From Mizuhopecten yessoensis (lineage: Eukaryota), in the NCBI RefSeq assembly GCF_002113885.1, contig NW_018406654.1, forward strand, positions 298,957-362,956: a stretch of 64,000 nt of DNA. The letters are read 5' to 3'. Position 1 is the first letter of the stretch; each line of letters begins with the position of its first letter. Positions 44,701 through 60,400 of the stretch are shown piece by piece. The position numbers and the translations under genes were made by a program. The notes beneath the pieces were generated by a model, which ran no database searches, had not been told where the DNA came from, and worked only from the letters and a program-made list of their open reading frames with translations.

Positions 44701-47700
44701 CAATCTGCCATTACGCTATTTATTAAATGTGTACACAAAGTTAAAAATATTTAAAGTCATAAATGGGTTTTTTTGGAAAAGATCAAGAAGCTTTGTATGG
44801 AGAAATGTTATAACAGTGTTGTAAATGCTATGTTTTATATATTTCCGAAGCCAATATTATTATGGAACATCTTGGTTATGATTTTTCTTTTTATTCCAGA
44901 AACCAAGCACGGTGAGTAAAAAGGAACGATAATTTAAGAGGGGAAAAGTTTAAAATACGTCTTCGTTATACTTTGAAGGAAATTGGTTACAGTCCGAATT
45001 TTGACATTGTTTTTTTACCTTTAAGCAACATATATCATATTCATTTCTGGGTTCCTTATTTTGGCAGTTTAATATCTGACGATTTCTCAATACAGCATTT
45101 TGAAAATAATATCTTTGACAAATATTTCCATATTCAAAATAGTAAAACCTATTTTTGATCCGATATTCATTGTTAGTTTTTCATTTCGAGGTAATTGTAA
45201 GAAAATTTGACATGAAAAAATACACCTTTTGAAAACAACTGTAATGCGAAATTGACTTTAGTCTGGTACATATTTTAATTTGATTGAAGACGGTTCAAAC
45301 AAGAAAGCAGTTTTAGATAGGGGCTGTCTTACTATAATTTGAAATGTTTCGCCCAGAAATGAATCATGGTTAAATCTATTTCGTCTGTGATTTTAGTATC
45401 ACAATCGTAACTGAGTTAGTTGTACATTTAATCCTAACGTTCATAAAAAGGCCCATAAGGATATATTTCAATAACTGACTAAGTCAATGAGCACTGAACG
45501 AATACGTGTCTGTTTCAAACCCTGAAGTACGATATGAATAGAACAGCCAATTTGGTCCAGCGTGATGACGTTTAAGACTATTTTTCACTATCTCCTTTCT
45601 CAAGTTCATATCAATGCAATCTAGACAGTACTTCTAGAGTTACATATGTATTCAAGCTTTTGAAAACAGAGATAAGAAAAGCATCTGTTTATATATATAT
45701 GGATGTATATCAAATATTATTTTGGAAATCATATTAAATATATTATATTTCATTGTGTCATAAACAGCATGTGCATCTACTCATTTCAGTCCATCATGTT
45801 CGGACAAAGGTTGTGCATAAACACGTTCCATCTCCATGTAAGTATGAAGTACTTGCATATTAATTGTGTTATTAATTTTAAAAATGTGTATGATAATTTA
45901 TGTTGTTTATACTCAAGGGGACAAACAAATTGAGTCAATGTTCGAAAATAACGTTCAGGGTTAAGCAGATAAGTTTATAACTAGGATCATAACAGGTCAT
46001 CACGAGCTGGATATTATCTTATATGACATAACAGTGAGACATTGCAATGAAATTGTCAAAAATGTAAATCATACAAGTAATCTACCAAAACGTAAGTGGT
46101 GGTGAATTTGTATTCTTTGTAACAATATAGAAATAACCACCATACACAGAAAAATTAACAAGACAAGTGGTTCGTGTTCACATTCTAAGACCATTCATAG
46201 ATGAGTAAATCGGCATGACATTCACATCGTGAACATGAAAATACGGGTATCGTCGATATCACATCACGATAGAACATTTCGCTACAGTTTAACGTTAGTC
46301 ATGTTTGCCCTCTTCAATGAGGAAGAATTTATCATAATAGAGAATATAAGTACACAATATGTAATATTTCGTTATTACACTTGAGGCGCCAAATCAACAC
46401 TTGGCGAACATGAATGCTATCGGCAAATTGCGAAATTTACTGGGCGAAAGTTTTCTTGCATATAGTATTAATTCATAATGAATGTGTTTTGAGATCAGTT
46501 TAAAACGATATATAAATGAATAAATATTAATGGCTATTATATTGGTCCATCTGCGTATTGTTGTTTTGATATTTTACAAAAAAACGAATGTTGATTTCAT
46601 TCTCATTTCTGTTTTGTTCACAGATCGTGTCGACAGTGAGTATATTATTACGCTGAAGACTTTTTTCAATAAATAATATTCGGGACGTCATTAACATTCT
46701 AGTGATACGTAAATTAACACATGATTTGTATGATTCGTCCAAGCTCAAATTTACGCAATTAAAAGTATTAATTAATAATTTCAGGAAAAAAACTTATTTA
46801 TAAAGAATAAATTGAATCAATGTCAGTTCATGTATTTAATTAAAAATGGAACTTTGATGAACTTATTAATATTATCAAATCTATCACGTGATGCAAAAAA
46901 AGGTGTCATTTTTTTTTGTATAACCATACATAGGTTATTACATTGCTATACTCGATCAAATGTACATATCAAATCATATTTCTACTTTTAATAATACATA
47001 ATGTTCATGTTGCGTTTGTTACAGATTATGTCAAAGGTAAGTACTACTACACGAATCATTCTCGCAGAACGGCATCAACCATGTCTAAAAATTAACTAAG
47101 TCAATTGTTTTAAGAACAATCATCTTTTGATGTGATAAATTTGAACGATTTTGTAAATGTGCTGATTTTAATGCACCCTCAATATATGCTGTTGGTGATA
47201 ATCACAATGGTAATGCTCTATACTAAAAGCGCGGTAAGCGCTGAAATAAACCTACGGTTAACATTTGTTCAATTTCAGGATAAAAAAGGTTAATTTAAAA
47301 AGTCAAAGTCAATAATTTTATACTTTATCAATTTTCCTTTCAAATCACGAAATCAGGATTTTCTTTAAATATATTTGTATGCAAATATCTTTCGTGTGAC
47401 CTATGCCTGCTAATAATTAATTTTGTTTTTGTTTATTCTTCTACAGTACCAAAGCACAGTAAGTAGAGTTATCTATCTTTTATGTATATGATATATGAAA
47501 AAAAGAGAGTGAAGAGAAAAGACCTATGGAAGCTCTGAAGACCAGAACTACATTACATTAAGCGGAACATTTAAGATTTGCTAACCTGAATCTGTTCTTA
47601 AAGGACCAGCGCATTCTTAATCACGTACCTGCACATGTAAATGTAATCATTTCATAGGGAAAAATCGATTGAAAGAAGTATTTTTTTCCCTGAATTAACC

Positions 47701-50700
47701 TTATGTACTCCGTAGTGAAATTCTGTGAAACAATGCCGGGTAATACATTGTTGTACACTGTGACGTTTCTTTGTGCAAGTAAGACTATATAAGACTGCAT
47801 AATACTATTTACTTGTTAAACATAAATAGTTTACAGCTACAATTTGAGTGAAACATTTTAACTGTGAACCATTTAAGATCAATTTTGTAATCATGAATTG
47901 GATATTTCGAACGAAACGCTTTGATTCGATGAAGCGTCTCCTTTTATTAAGTTTATAAGCTTCTTACGTATCAGCACATCCGGAAGGTTCCGGTAAATGG
48001 AACACGTTATAAAGTTGTCATTTTAATTAAATAATGTTATTTATTTTTCTGTTTGACGTCAAAATATATAATACTACAAGAAGTAACATTGCATTGTATC
48101 TTAAACTTTACATTTCGTAGAATCAAATTACATTTTTGATATAGTTTCCCAGTATATGTCAATTTCATATTTAATTAATGTCGTTTTATATTGAAAAATA
48201 ATAGTATAACTTTGCTTGGTATGATTATATACAAATGTCATATTATAACTTATATTCGTTTCTGTTTCTCCCTTTGTAGTTATTAGAAATTGTAAGTATA
48301 CTTTTGATCATCCACGAGACATACTATTTTAAAGCGTGTGCAGTTATTTCATTACTAGCATTACCATACGAAAACAAACTTTAAACAAACAAGTAATATA
48401 ACAATAGTGAGTTGTAGATTTATACAATGCACGGATGTGATGTAGAAAGCATTATCATTATCGCACACGTTATCCTAATGCATAAATGTTTTAGAGAGAG
48501 AACTTTAGTTTCAATACATAAAACTTAATTAATTACTCTCAAATATGTTAACAACTAAGAAAAACACACACTTTGTAATCATTGCAATTCTTCAAAAATA
48601 TCACAATGATTGTTTATTTAAATGATGATGTCCCCATATTCTTATATCTCTTCTTTATTTTATGAACAGCTCCTTCCCCGGGTAAGTCAACAAAACTGAT
48701 CATTTTCATATTACTCCATAATTTAACTTTACATGACGGAAATTTGTACATCGATATTTGAAATCAAACAATTATTTTCTATTAATATGCCGAACACCTT
48801 AGGGCAATGTTATATCCCAATTCCATCGCATAGTGAACATTACTTCAACATCATTGTCGCATTTCATGCAATATATAAGCCTTTGTATATAATAGTAATA
48901 TTGAACTACAATATACTGTAATTGTTTACACTAATATACATATATACGCGATGTATTAACTGATATTACGATATGAAGATTTTATATCACAATTTGTCAG
49001 CATTAATTTGAATTTTTCATACCTGGTTATCAGTATAAAATGACTGATGACAGGTCTACAAACAACAATGCATATTATATGTTCATATTGAAATATTTTA
49101 TTGATTTCTTTATTTTTCCTCCAACAGTTCCAGTGAAGGGTGAGTGTGTTCTTTCAAATATACGTGATGCATGCTATATTAAACAACTACGTAATACATA
49201 ATCTAATAATAATGTTATTAATAATTTATTGTTAAGATAATACAAATGACGACACTTGTTGAGTATCTTTAAAACTTGTACATGAGAAAGATACGATTTT
49301 TCTACTACAATAAGATAATATAATTTATTAAAATATGATTTTTGTATGAACTAACATCTCATAGACACGTCGTTCAAGTCGCATCAACTTGAAATGCAGT
49401 CAATTTGTATGTAGTTGATGGTTCCTAGTCCTTGAAGTTAGCGTGTTAACAATTGTCAATGCATCTGTTATATCATTGAAGTATAATGGTGAGGTTGGGG
49501 AGAATTTCCCATTGATTTTAAAACAACTATAATAAAAAAAATCGTTATCTTATCTTTACAGTTGCCGATCCTAAGTACATCGACCGTGTGCGTAAGTAAT
49601 TATGTTTTATAAGTTGATTCCTGTAAACACAATCATATTTTTTCACTTATCTTGTGAATAGAAATATCTTTGTTTAAAACAATATATAGAGAGAGAATAA
49701 TTCATGTCTTTTTCCATATCACACCCAGTATCAACCCGATACTGCAATATCAGCCCGAGGGCCCGAGGGCCCGAGGGCTGATATTGCATGGTCGAGGGAT
49801 GATACTGGGTGTGATATGGAAAAAGGCATGGTTTATTCTGTTTATTACATACTTTTCACCTTCTTAAAGTCCTTATTTCTGAGAAAAAAACATCATTAAA
49901 TTAGTCTTTACATGAATCAGAAAGAGAAGTATTTTTGTTGTGTAATTTTAGACAATTGACTTTTTTTTAAAACACAAATAAATATATTGTCTTATTACAT
50001 ACTTACTAATAAAAGTTACTACCTTATGATCTATTTTTCTTTTGAACTATTGAAAAACGATTTTTTTTCCAAGAAAGGGTGTGATACGGGTTTTTGCGGG
50101 CTGATACGAGTTTTGGGGTGTGATACGGCGGGGGCTGATACGGGTTTTGGGGTGTGATACTGCGAGGGCTGATATGGGTTAGAGCAATTGTGTCGTATCG
50201 CATATACAAAAAAAAACGTATTTATTATTAAGTATGTAATAAATATCTATAAATGGTGTAGATATTTCTAAGCGTGTCCATATCTTTGCTAGTTAACGTT
50301 TTTAAGCTGGTGTCTTAAACACAAAATAAGCGAAACTGTATTTCACTTCAAGACATTACATTAATCCAATCAACTAAAATTACTGAAATATTTGAAGATT
50401 AACATGTGTAGATTGCTTAAGGAAACGGGTTGTACGAAGTAAGGCCATACATGAATCTATTTTGTTCAAGCTTAAATAATACAGAACTTTAATATTTTAC
50501 TTGGAGGTCCGCTCTCGTAATATATACGTTTAAACTTCGTATCATTTCAAATAGTAAATACATCCTATTTTCACCTGTTTTTTGTTTATTATTTTGCAGA
50601 TGTAAAGACACAGATTGTTCCAAAACACAGTAGGTTTATAAGAATGTTACCTATTTACTTATTTTTTTTCATATATTGATAAGATACAGCAAGCTTGTGT

Positions 50701-51428
50701 CATTTGTTTTGAGATGGTCACACATCTAACTACAGATTCACTAAAATAAAATAAAAAAAGTTGTGAGAAACGTTTTATAAATCTCATGTAAAAAGGATTC
50801 CGAGGTTATGTCGTTTATCTTATTTTTGTTTGTACATGTAATTACTTTGCAAGTTAGCGCTTCGATAATTCAATAATTCTAAGTTTTTTTAACGTTCAAA
50901 ATATACATTACTGATATTTTAACAGTGTACACATTTTTCTAATATCATTTTTTTTCTTTCTTTCAGTCGTCCACACTGGTAAAAGCAGTTATTCCTTTTA
51001 ATCTTACACATCTATAATAAAAATAAAAATAAAATAAAGATATTATTCGATGCAACTCTACTTCCATTTTGACTTGGTGCGCATGCTTGTTTAATTCTAA
51101 ACGTGGAAAATGATAAATCCAAACATCTATTTTTGTCGAAATATCTGAATAAGGACTTATGTTTGTTGTCTATATAGCTGTAAAAGCAATAAAATATGAT
51201 TTTGTTTTAGTGTTTTATCTAACTACATATTATTTTTAATTTTGTTTTATTTCAGTCGCTAAGCCAATTACCAGTAAGTATTGTTTACGTCGTTTTAATT
51301 TCTTACACATTTGAGATGTATAATATATATATATAAGCCCTAGAAGGCAGAAAGGCCTAGCGGACGATCTGAAAAATTTGTTTTTATTCTATATTTTCCT
51401 TCGCAAGGACTTATTTATTTATCTATTA

Positions 51429-51472
<44 letters not shown>

Positions 51473-54400
51473 GATTCTTATTAACAAATTTCTATTTCAA
51501 GTTGACCAATTCAAGCTATGTTAAAATGGTTTATTTATTACTGAGAGCCATATTTAAACTATTTACGATAGACGTATAATAAATCATTGGTGTGTGCAAT
51601 ATATATAACATACTTAATCTAATTACGTTTTTGGTTTATTTTTTATTTTACAGAGATCAAAACAGGTAAGAATATATTTTAAAATTTATCATTGTCCCAA
51701 ACAGTCTTTTGTTCGCTCAATCCTGCAACATATTTGAAAAGTAATTGTTAAAGTAACTCGGATTGTAATGTTTTATAGTATAAATAGTGTCGTCACTGTT
51801 CAAATAAAAGCACGTTTATATACTTCTATTCTGGAATATCTATAATACTATAATACATTTTTTTCCTTATATTATTATGTTTTCACTTTAAAAACTGTTC
51901 TGTTTGACTTTTTTTCAGAATATAAAACCATTCACAGTAAGTATTTTTGAATCAGTCTTCAATATGGTAAACTTTAAAATCAAATAGAGGTAAATAAGCG
52001 ACTATTTACTCATACGGTCTGTCATCGTTAAATGAACTATTCGATTCGATATGTGTGTTCTGTATGCACTATACCACCCGAAAGTTTTATCTTCAACGTT
52101 ATTTCCTGATAACTAAGTACAATATGCACGTTAGAAAAACGACATTATAAAAACTGAGGAATTTGATATATGTCTATGATTGTTTATGTTTTCCATTTCT
52201 TAATTAGAGTACATGTATGTACATTATTTTTAACGAGGATTGATTTTGTGATTTTCTTTCTTCAAGAAACCGTCCCTATCCCATCACCCATGCCTAAACA
52301 CTGTGAGTATATAATCACATATCTATTATTATGCTAGATCAGTTTTACATATTTCGCCAGGTGTATCAATGACGCCATTAAGTGACAAAGAAAATCTGTA
52401 CCTTTAAATGTGTATGTTAAATTGCTAACATTCATGTAGTCCTAATTTCACAAACACGTGTTTGATTTCATTGGCGATACAATCAGGTTGTAACGTACGC
52501 AACGTGATTACCTATGTTTTATATGAATACTTAATTATAACTGTATCACTATTAATCATAATACAAAGCTTTTTGAACAAAACTAATACGATCACGCAAA
52601 AGTAACTTAACCAATGGTATTGAGCAGAAATTAACTAGAACGTTTACTGTTGATAAATATAGACTTTATCTATTTTACAACAATTATAAAACAAGTAAGT
52701 TCAACTTGAATATTAATCACTGTTAAGTTTATAAACATGTGTGTTAGAGGCGATTTACAAAATCCTTCTTTTATCATTGAATATGTTTAATCATTTCAGT
52801 TCACCACGTGAAACACGGTAAGTATGGAGAAGAGGATGGTAATGTGAACGATTAATTCATCAGAATATCATTATACTATAATGTAGTTTTTGACCACATT
52901 AATTCAAATAATCAGTAACAATGCTAGTATTTAGTTGATGTTAATAGATTATCTAAATTATACAGCTCGCACAAGCAGATGAATGAAAAGCAAAAACAAT
53001 TGGTTATATGCTATTTTTGTACTTTTTATACAGAAAAATAGTATCATTTGAACAATTATATTGCTTTTTTTTATATGAAGAAGATTATCGTAATATTTAC
53101 ATTGATATGGAATATAGAGATAGAGAGTAGTGCGGCTAAGGAATTTGGGAATTCAATCTACTGCAAAAGAGTGAAAAAATAACGACCACAAAAGCAACAT
53201 GCTATATAGGCATACATATTGAGACATTTATCCCGTTTTCACATACTTAATTTACCCCAAAATACAGTTTTGTCATTTTAAATGTACGTTTCCGGTGTTT
53301 TTTTTAAATATCACTGTTATCATTTTCAAAACTAGTGGTGTTTTATTAGAAATTATCGTCTCTTAGACAAAGAAAACTATAGAAATGCCGCAACACACCT
53401 CAAGCAATGACATTGTAATACAATAGTGATAATGATATAAATACATTGATTTTTAGAAAATGCATCCAGTCATTTAATTTACGAAAATTCAGTCGCAGCG
53501 CCGACGTGAACCTTTTCATGCATTGTTCAATGCATGCTTGCCAATATACCGTTGATGCTTTGCTGTCAAAACGAATTCAGTTCATAACTTTTACTTTACA
53601 GTTTCTAGTCTCTATGATTATTTTGATATGGGATGCAATTTCATATCAAATATATAATCAAAGTGTACTGTATAACCCGAATTGTTCCTTTGGCACTTTC
53701 CTTTGTTATTTGAAGCTATGCAAATGTTTCGTGGTGCAAACTTTCCTGGATATCCTATATTAACAAACAGTAGCCACGCGTATCATTCAGATTTGTTGTA
53801 TTTATTTTCGTGGTTCAATAGCAACCACGAAAACCACGAATGTTTATACACAACGAACCTTACTGACATCTATTGGAGATGATACACGGTTTTATCAACC
53901 CTAGAAAGTTAAAGGTTATGAACCAATCTTTTAATATATATATATATCGCATATGTAATCTGTTTAGAAGTATTTGGATTTGTTTTCAAATTTTAATATT
54001 TGTGCCTTTTTCCCTTAACAGTCGACAGACCTATTCATCATACAAGAACAGGTAAGACAATTCGTTTTAACAAAAGAGACAAATTATATCTTTGCATTCA
54101 ATACAGGTCTTCGTTTCAATACATTTCTCATAAACACTATGAAACGTAACAAGCATCCTGTGAACAAATGTAGTTTACTTTAAATCGTTAAAGCAGGCAT
54201 GATTTGTTTTAAATTGCGTCGAATAACATACACCTTTATCATAATACTATAAATAGGTGTTTAATCGTAATATGTATTTGATTTACTGACAGTGATGCTA
54301 ACTGACTCAAATTTCCCTCATTTCAGTGATCAAGAAAGTGGATGGTAAGTATTTTAGAAACTTTCATGGTGCACACATTACTACTGAAAGCGTTTGCTTT

Positions 54401-57400
54401 TAATTAAATGATATCCAATAAAAAAAACAATTCGAAATATTTCTATTAATAACTATATTTTATCTATATATAGATATCGGTTCTTCTGGAAACAAACCTT
54501 GAAATTAAATAGCACTTATTTCGAACCTTTAAAAATATAACTAGTTTCATTGTTGATTTGAGAATTTATACTTAATATCTGATTTTTAATTCATGGAATA
54601 ATTAAAAAGAAAGTTAAAAACAAATTGACTTTACTCCAAACCTTCAATAAACGTATGCAGTAAAACAAGTTAATATGTTTTGTATTGACATGTTATTTGT
54701 TGAAAAACATTTAAATAAGTATATACTTTTATTCTATATGAAATAATGATGTACTTCATATATATCACAAATCATAATCATACTTTAGAGATTTGTCTTT
54801 TCACAGGTACACAGCCGAATACAATTATGTTTAAGGCTTTTAGTTTAAACGATGATTTGACAATAGAAAAAAAAAATCAAGACGTTAAGACGAAATATTA
54901 TGCGATCTATGTTTAACCTAATATATATATATGATGCAAATATTTATTAATGTTATCCTTGCTTCATTTCAGTACCCAAGATCGGTAAGTAAAACCTTGT
55001 TTAGTGATGTAAAAATCTATTTGAGACTATATACATAACAAAATTGAATTGCTTAAATTATATAGCAGGAAAACCGGTGCATGAAAAAACATGATACTAA
55101 CCGAAAAATGGCATAAGGCGACGTGATATGAAGTGAAATGTATGCATCAACCTAAGCATACATTCCGTTTGTATGACAATTGTGTCGACGAATTTAATTA
55201 TAAAATGATTTGTTTATGTATGTCAATATAAAATATTGAAATTTAAAATAGATAACGTTATAACAAGAATAGTTTCCTTAAATTGTTTCTTTTAATCTAA
55301 CTAATAACTATTTGCTGTAACTGTATTAACGCTGTGTGATATGTTGTCTGTACAAAGAAAATATCAAGTCATTTACACCATGATTACATGTTGAATTATA
55401 ATACTTCCTTTTAACATAAAATCTCATTTCTGTTTTGCAGTTGAGAAGACACGTAAGTTTTGCCAGTGTAAAATCAAAGATGCAATAAACTTCATTAAAT
55501 GTCACATTTATATGAAAAGGTGCAATTGTTAAAGCATGGAATATTTTTGGACGATTACATTTCATAGAGATAAATATCTCAATATTTTTTTCTTGTCAAA
55601 GCTTGTTTATTTTATTCATTATGCTTTAGATATTTATTTACATATTCAAACGACAAAAAAAAATGTATTCTGATACTGCTAAATGCAATATGTATTTATC
55701 ATAAGTTTGATCAATGTTTCTTTTTCTTAACAGGCTACCATGCAGTTGGAGGTGAGAAATGCATAAAAGTTAAATTATCTTACTGTATCATATACAAAGA
55801 GTATATCATCCATTAATTCAATTATACCAGAGGGTTGATTAGGTCTATACATTTAATGCATTTTAATATTAATGAACCGATTCAGAAATTAACGAGATAT
55901 GTCAGCGTATCGCATTATGTGTTATATCTGGGTAAGGAGAGGTCTACGGGCTCATAGACCCCGTCTGGTCTTTATCGACCCCGGGCCAAAGACGATGGGT
56001 CTATACATACCAAAGGGGTCTTTAAACCTGAAGACCACGCCAAACCCAGAAATAACGAATCTGTCACCCTGATAATCTATGATCACTTTTTTCTGCTAAG
56101 GCACTTTATGAGTTTAAGTTGTACTCGATTGCTACCAGAATAGCCCATCTTTGAAATTAACACCCTACGGCCCCCTAATCTCCTGTTTTGTTGAAATTTC
56201 TGTCGTTTTATATTGCTTGTAGGCTATTACATCATGCGAATGATTGGCAAACTTCGAACGCTTGAGTGTTTCACGGACGCTATCTTTGTTGTTATGCAGA
56301 AATGTTTTAGTTTGAGTTATCTCCACTGGCACATGCTATTATAGACCCCGACAGAACAGGGTCTATAGCAATATAGATCCCGGCAAAATATCCAATCAGA
56401 AAGGGTGTTACAAATGAGAAGGGTGACAAAGTATATTGTGTCCATTGCATTTGTCAAAGATAACTAGTGAAAAGGAAGCTTGATCCTGTTAACCTGGCTA
56501 ACTGATGGGGCTTAGGGGCTCACCAAAAATGGTTTACATGATTACCAGAAGAATGAAAGGGCCAACTTATTTGGTCTTAAGTAATAAGTCAACCAATAAT
56601 ATAAGTTAATTGAGTGCATAGGTGTTCAACATAAAAAAATAACCAATATATATTGGAAATGTGTGTACAATTGCCTGTAAAACATAATTGCATATTTACA
56701 ATAAGGAATACAGCTTTGAACACACACTTCGTTACGTTTAGTTTATTAAAGAAATTAATATAAGCGCAGTGTAGAGTTACCGGTTGCGTCTGTGTGTGTT
56801 TGTGTGTTTGTGTGTTTGTTTATTTGTTTACGGATCCTATTGATCAGGCCGTTGTAGAGTGACGGTTCACTTAAGTAGGTCACAGTGTCCTTTACTACAT
56901 CTACTACGATTTTGCAGCAAAATAAATACAGCGTTTCTGAAAACCCTATGAACCAAGTAATTATAAAAGAGTGTAAATGGGGATAGTACGCAGTTTTTTC
57001 ATGTCTTTAATGGCGATTGGAACATAAAAAATTAAACTCTCGACATATCGGTCTCGAGTTCAAACCAGATATCATGTTATAATCGTCAACACTAGTCATT
57101 TAAACGACGTAATGTGTTTATCATAAACTGCTTAACATTGTTTTTATTATCTTTCAGTACCTGTAGTCAAGACTAATACCGTGGTAAAAACTAGTAAGTA
57201 AAATATTACTTGTGTCATAATATTTTGTTTTTTAATAATAATATTTTTTGTGTCATAATATTTTTTTATCAATGTTTAATCTTCATTTAAATTAATTTGT
57301 TCTTTCCGTTTCATCAAATTAATTTTGTTATCGACTAAATTTACACACTGTCACCGTAGAAACGGATATATAATAACACTTTCATAGCGTTAATACTGTA

Positions 57401-60400
57401 TGCCTGTTTATTATGTGAACATATTATAAGACAGTGACATTTTTTTTATTCTTAACTTAATAGATGTCGTGGATCGGCCGAGTAAGTAAACTTGATTTTA
57501 TCCAATGTACTTATTAACGCTCAGTTTCAATACTTAACGACATTCTGGTTGAAAATTCGATATATTGATAATCGAGAGCTGTGCATGACATCAGTTTGTG
57601 GCAACAACGTTGGTATAACTTTCGTCATTAAGAAATATAACTAAAAAAAAACAACTAATCGAAAATATGTTGTCGGTAATGTTAAAAATGTGCCTTTGTT
57701 TATGTATAAATCCTGTTATATTGCGGGGTCCGTCGCTTATTATAATTTATAATATGCAGATATGTTTTGAATGATAGTTGTTATTGGAGTAGGTAGATAT
57801 ATATTCTCCAAAGGATCATTATTATTTTTTAGGAAGTTGATAATTCAAAATAATCATATGCAAACAAAAGTCTGTTTTTATAAAAATATAATGATAGTTT
57901 AGGGGAAATAGGAGATACGAGTTCGAGCTTTGACAATTGGCTAAATTAAGACCTGTCAGTATACCTGTATGTATTTGTTTTAATATCATGCTGTTTTTCT
58001 AATCCACAGTCCCAAAAATCTGTAAGTACTAAATCAACATCAGCCTTTTTAATACAAATACCATAATATGTGATATCCTTAATATTATATATTTATATAT
58101 ATATATGGGTCTATGAGAACGTTCATGTTGTATTGGGTGCTCTTAAGATTTCTGTCGTCGATATTGACTTAAAATTAGTTTTTATACATGTAAACCGGGT
58201 AATTTTTTGTTAATTTTTTTTTAATGTTTTTAATATCTTTCTTTATACTATACATACTATGCGTTTGCCATAATTAAGTTCATACATTGTATCTTAATAC
58301 AAGTTTTATTATTTTGCTTCTTCATTTTCTACATGATTCGTACAAAAGTACTGTTATTCTTGTTAAGTAAATTCTTACTTCCTTTTGTTCAATTTCCATA
58401 TATAGCACATTTTAAAACATGTTCAAATTATATATTTCTATTATAATTGCATGTTTTATATGAATTAATATTGGTTTTTGAATGAAACACTAATTAGTTT
58501 AAAGGTAAAGTGTATCAAATTAAATCGGGAGAAGAACTCCACGCAGAAATTTGAGTGGGAGTTTTCTTCAGTCTATATAGTATTAGTAAAGGATGTGCAT
58601 CTGGCTAAGAGTAACTTCCCATATCAAGTTCCTCTTAAACTGTGTGACCTTTGAATGAGATCTTCATTTTGACGCCTTTCCTTAATAATTCATGGATCGT
58701 AAAATGTTTGAAGTGAAACATTTGCAATGTATGAGTCTTGAGTTGGACGCCTTCAGTGTTTGTGTGTTTTTAAATAAGTTACAATCATTAATTGTTTTAT
58801 CAATCATCACTCTGTAAAATGGTTCCCAGCATGTGATTTGTATGGAATACTTTCTGTGTAAAAGAGCTGTAACATATATTTTACAATAGTGGCAAAGGTA
58901 TCCTTAACACTCACTTTGCCTGCATTTAATTTTCAACCATCGCATAAGCTTACATGATTAGCTGTTTAAATATGCATTTTTGTTACGTTTTAGTTAAGAA
59001 TGATCACCATACTCAAGCGTATATTGAGATAACCAACGACTGTAACACTATGACATTATAACTTTCACATACGTTTATTATAATGTAAATATGATATAAC
59101 TTAGACACATTGAGTAGACAGCGTTATAATGATAAGGTAAAATGGGCATGGCATACCAATTGAATAGCATAACTACAATGAGAATGTATCTTTCGTAGAA
59201 TATACTATCATATTGAACTTTGATGAAACCTAACAAAAACTGTATTGTTTTTGCACAAATATTTTAACTGGTTTCATTTATTCATTTCAGTCAATCGAAT
59301 TCACACTGGTAAGTAATTATGTCGATATTTTTATTATTGTACATCTTTTAATTTTGTCTTTTTATCTAAAAGTGATACCTTCCTGTTGAGTAAATATCGA
59401 GATACATTGGTTATATCTATATCACAGGAATAAAATTGACTTACATGCAGTATAACTTGCACACAAAATATATATTTTTTTATTTAAATATATGATTGTA
59501 AATGATTTATAATCCTCCTTAATGAAACATGACATACAATATAAAAAAGGAAGAGACACGTGAGCATTATGTCAATTTAGGCTGTTTGTATTTATGCAAT
59601 TACTTTACTTGTTTATGGAAATCTGTCCCGTGTTTACAGACATTACAATTTAAATCTTAGAAATTCTTTCAAAATAATTCACTATTTATCAGGTTGAAGT
59701 TTTAAGGTTCTATACCCTCTGTATGTTATCATTGGTAATATTTGTTCTTGATCTGTAAATGCATTTGAGTTATTTCTCATTCAGATATCTGTTTTTAATT
59801 GTTGAAATTGATTTATATGTAACTGTCATTCATATTAATAATTAAGTATAATCAATGTTCTCGTTTTCTTTGAAATCTCCATGAGGTTTTTAATTCCGTT
59901 GCGTGTGTTAAAACTTTTTACTCACGACTTATGGTAGGTCCACGTAGTGATTACAAAATAAAACTATTATCCGTTTGAGTGGGTACTCGTAATCCACGAA
60001 AGTATATACCCGCGAATATACCTTTTAGGGAAACCACGAAAGTTGGTTCTCACAAAAATATCTGACGTCACCGAATGTACAATGCTGTTTGTTTATTAGC
60101 GAAATAAGAGAACCCGAATATATTATAAATACGCGATGTAGTATTCTCGTGAGATGTGCAATGATTGCACGTGTTCCAATTGAACCTATTAATTGGGATT
60201 GGTAAGAAACTTTAAAGTGAGCAGTCTCTTAACAATGATATAAAAATACAGTTGCTTAAAACTGGGATAAACCTCACGACCCAACTCACGTGGATTTGTA
60301 AATTGACTTTGATTCTTTTATTCAATTGTAAGCCTCTTACTGTTATGCATTTGTTAACTTTTATATCTAATTGTATTTTTTTTTTAAATTTCAGTTAGAG

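Noticed and set aside
54795-54812. ttttcacag|gtacac as a zero-length or recursive splice site (also 31700 and 40877)
   Set aside because: The donors are weak and the introns short, so nothing distinguishes these from chance without lariat or nascent-RNA data.
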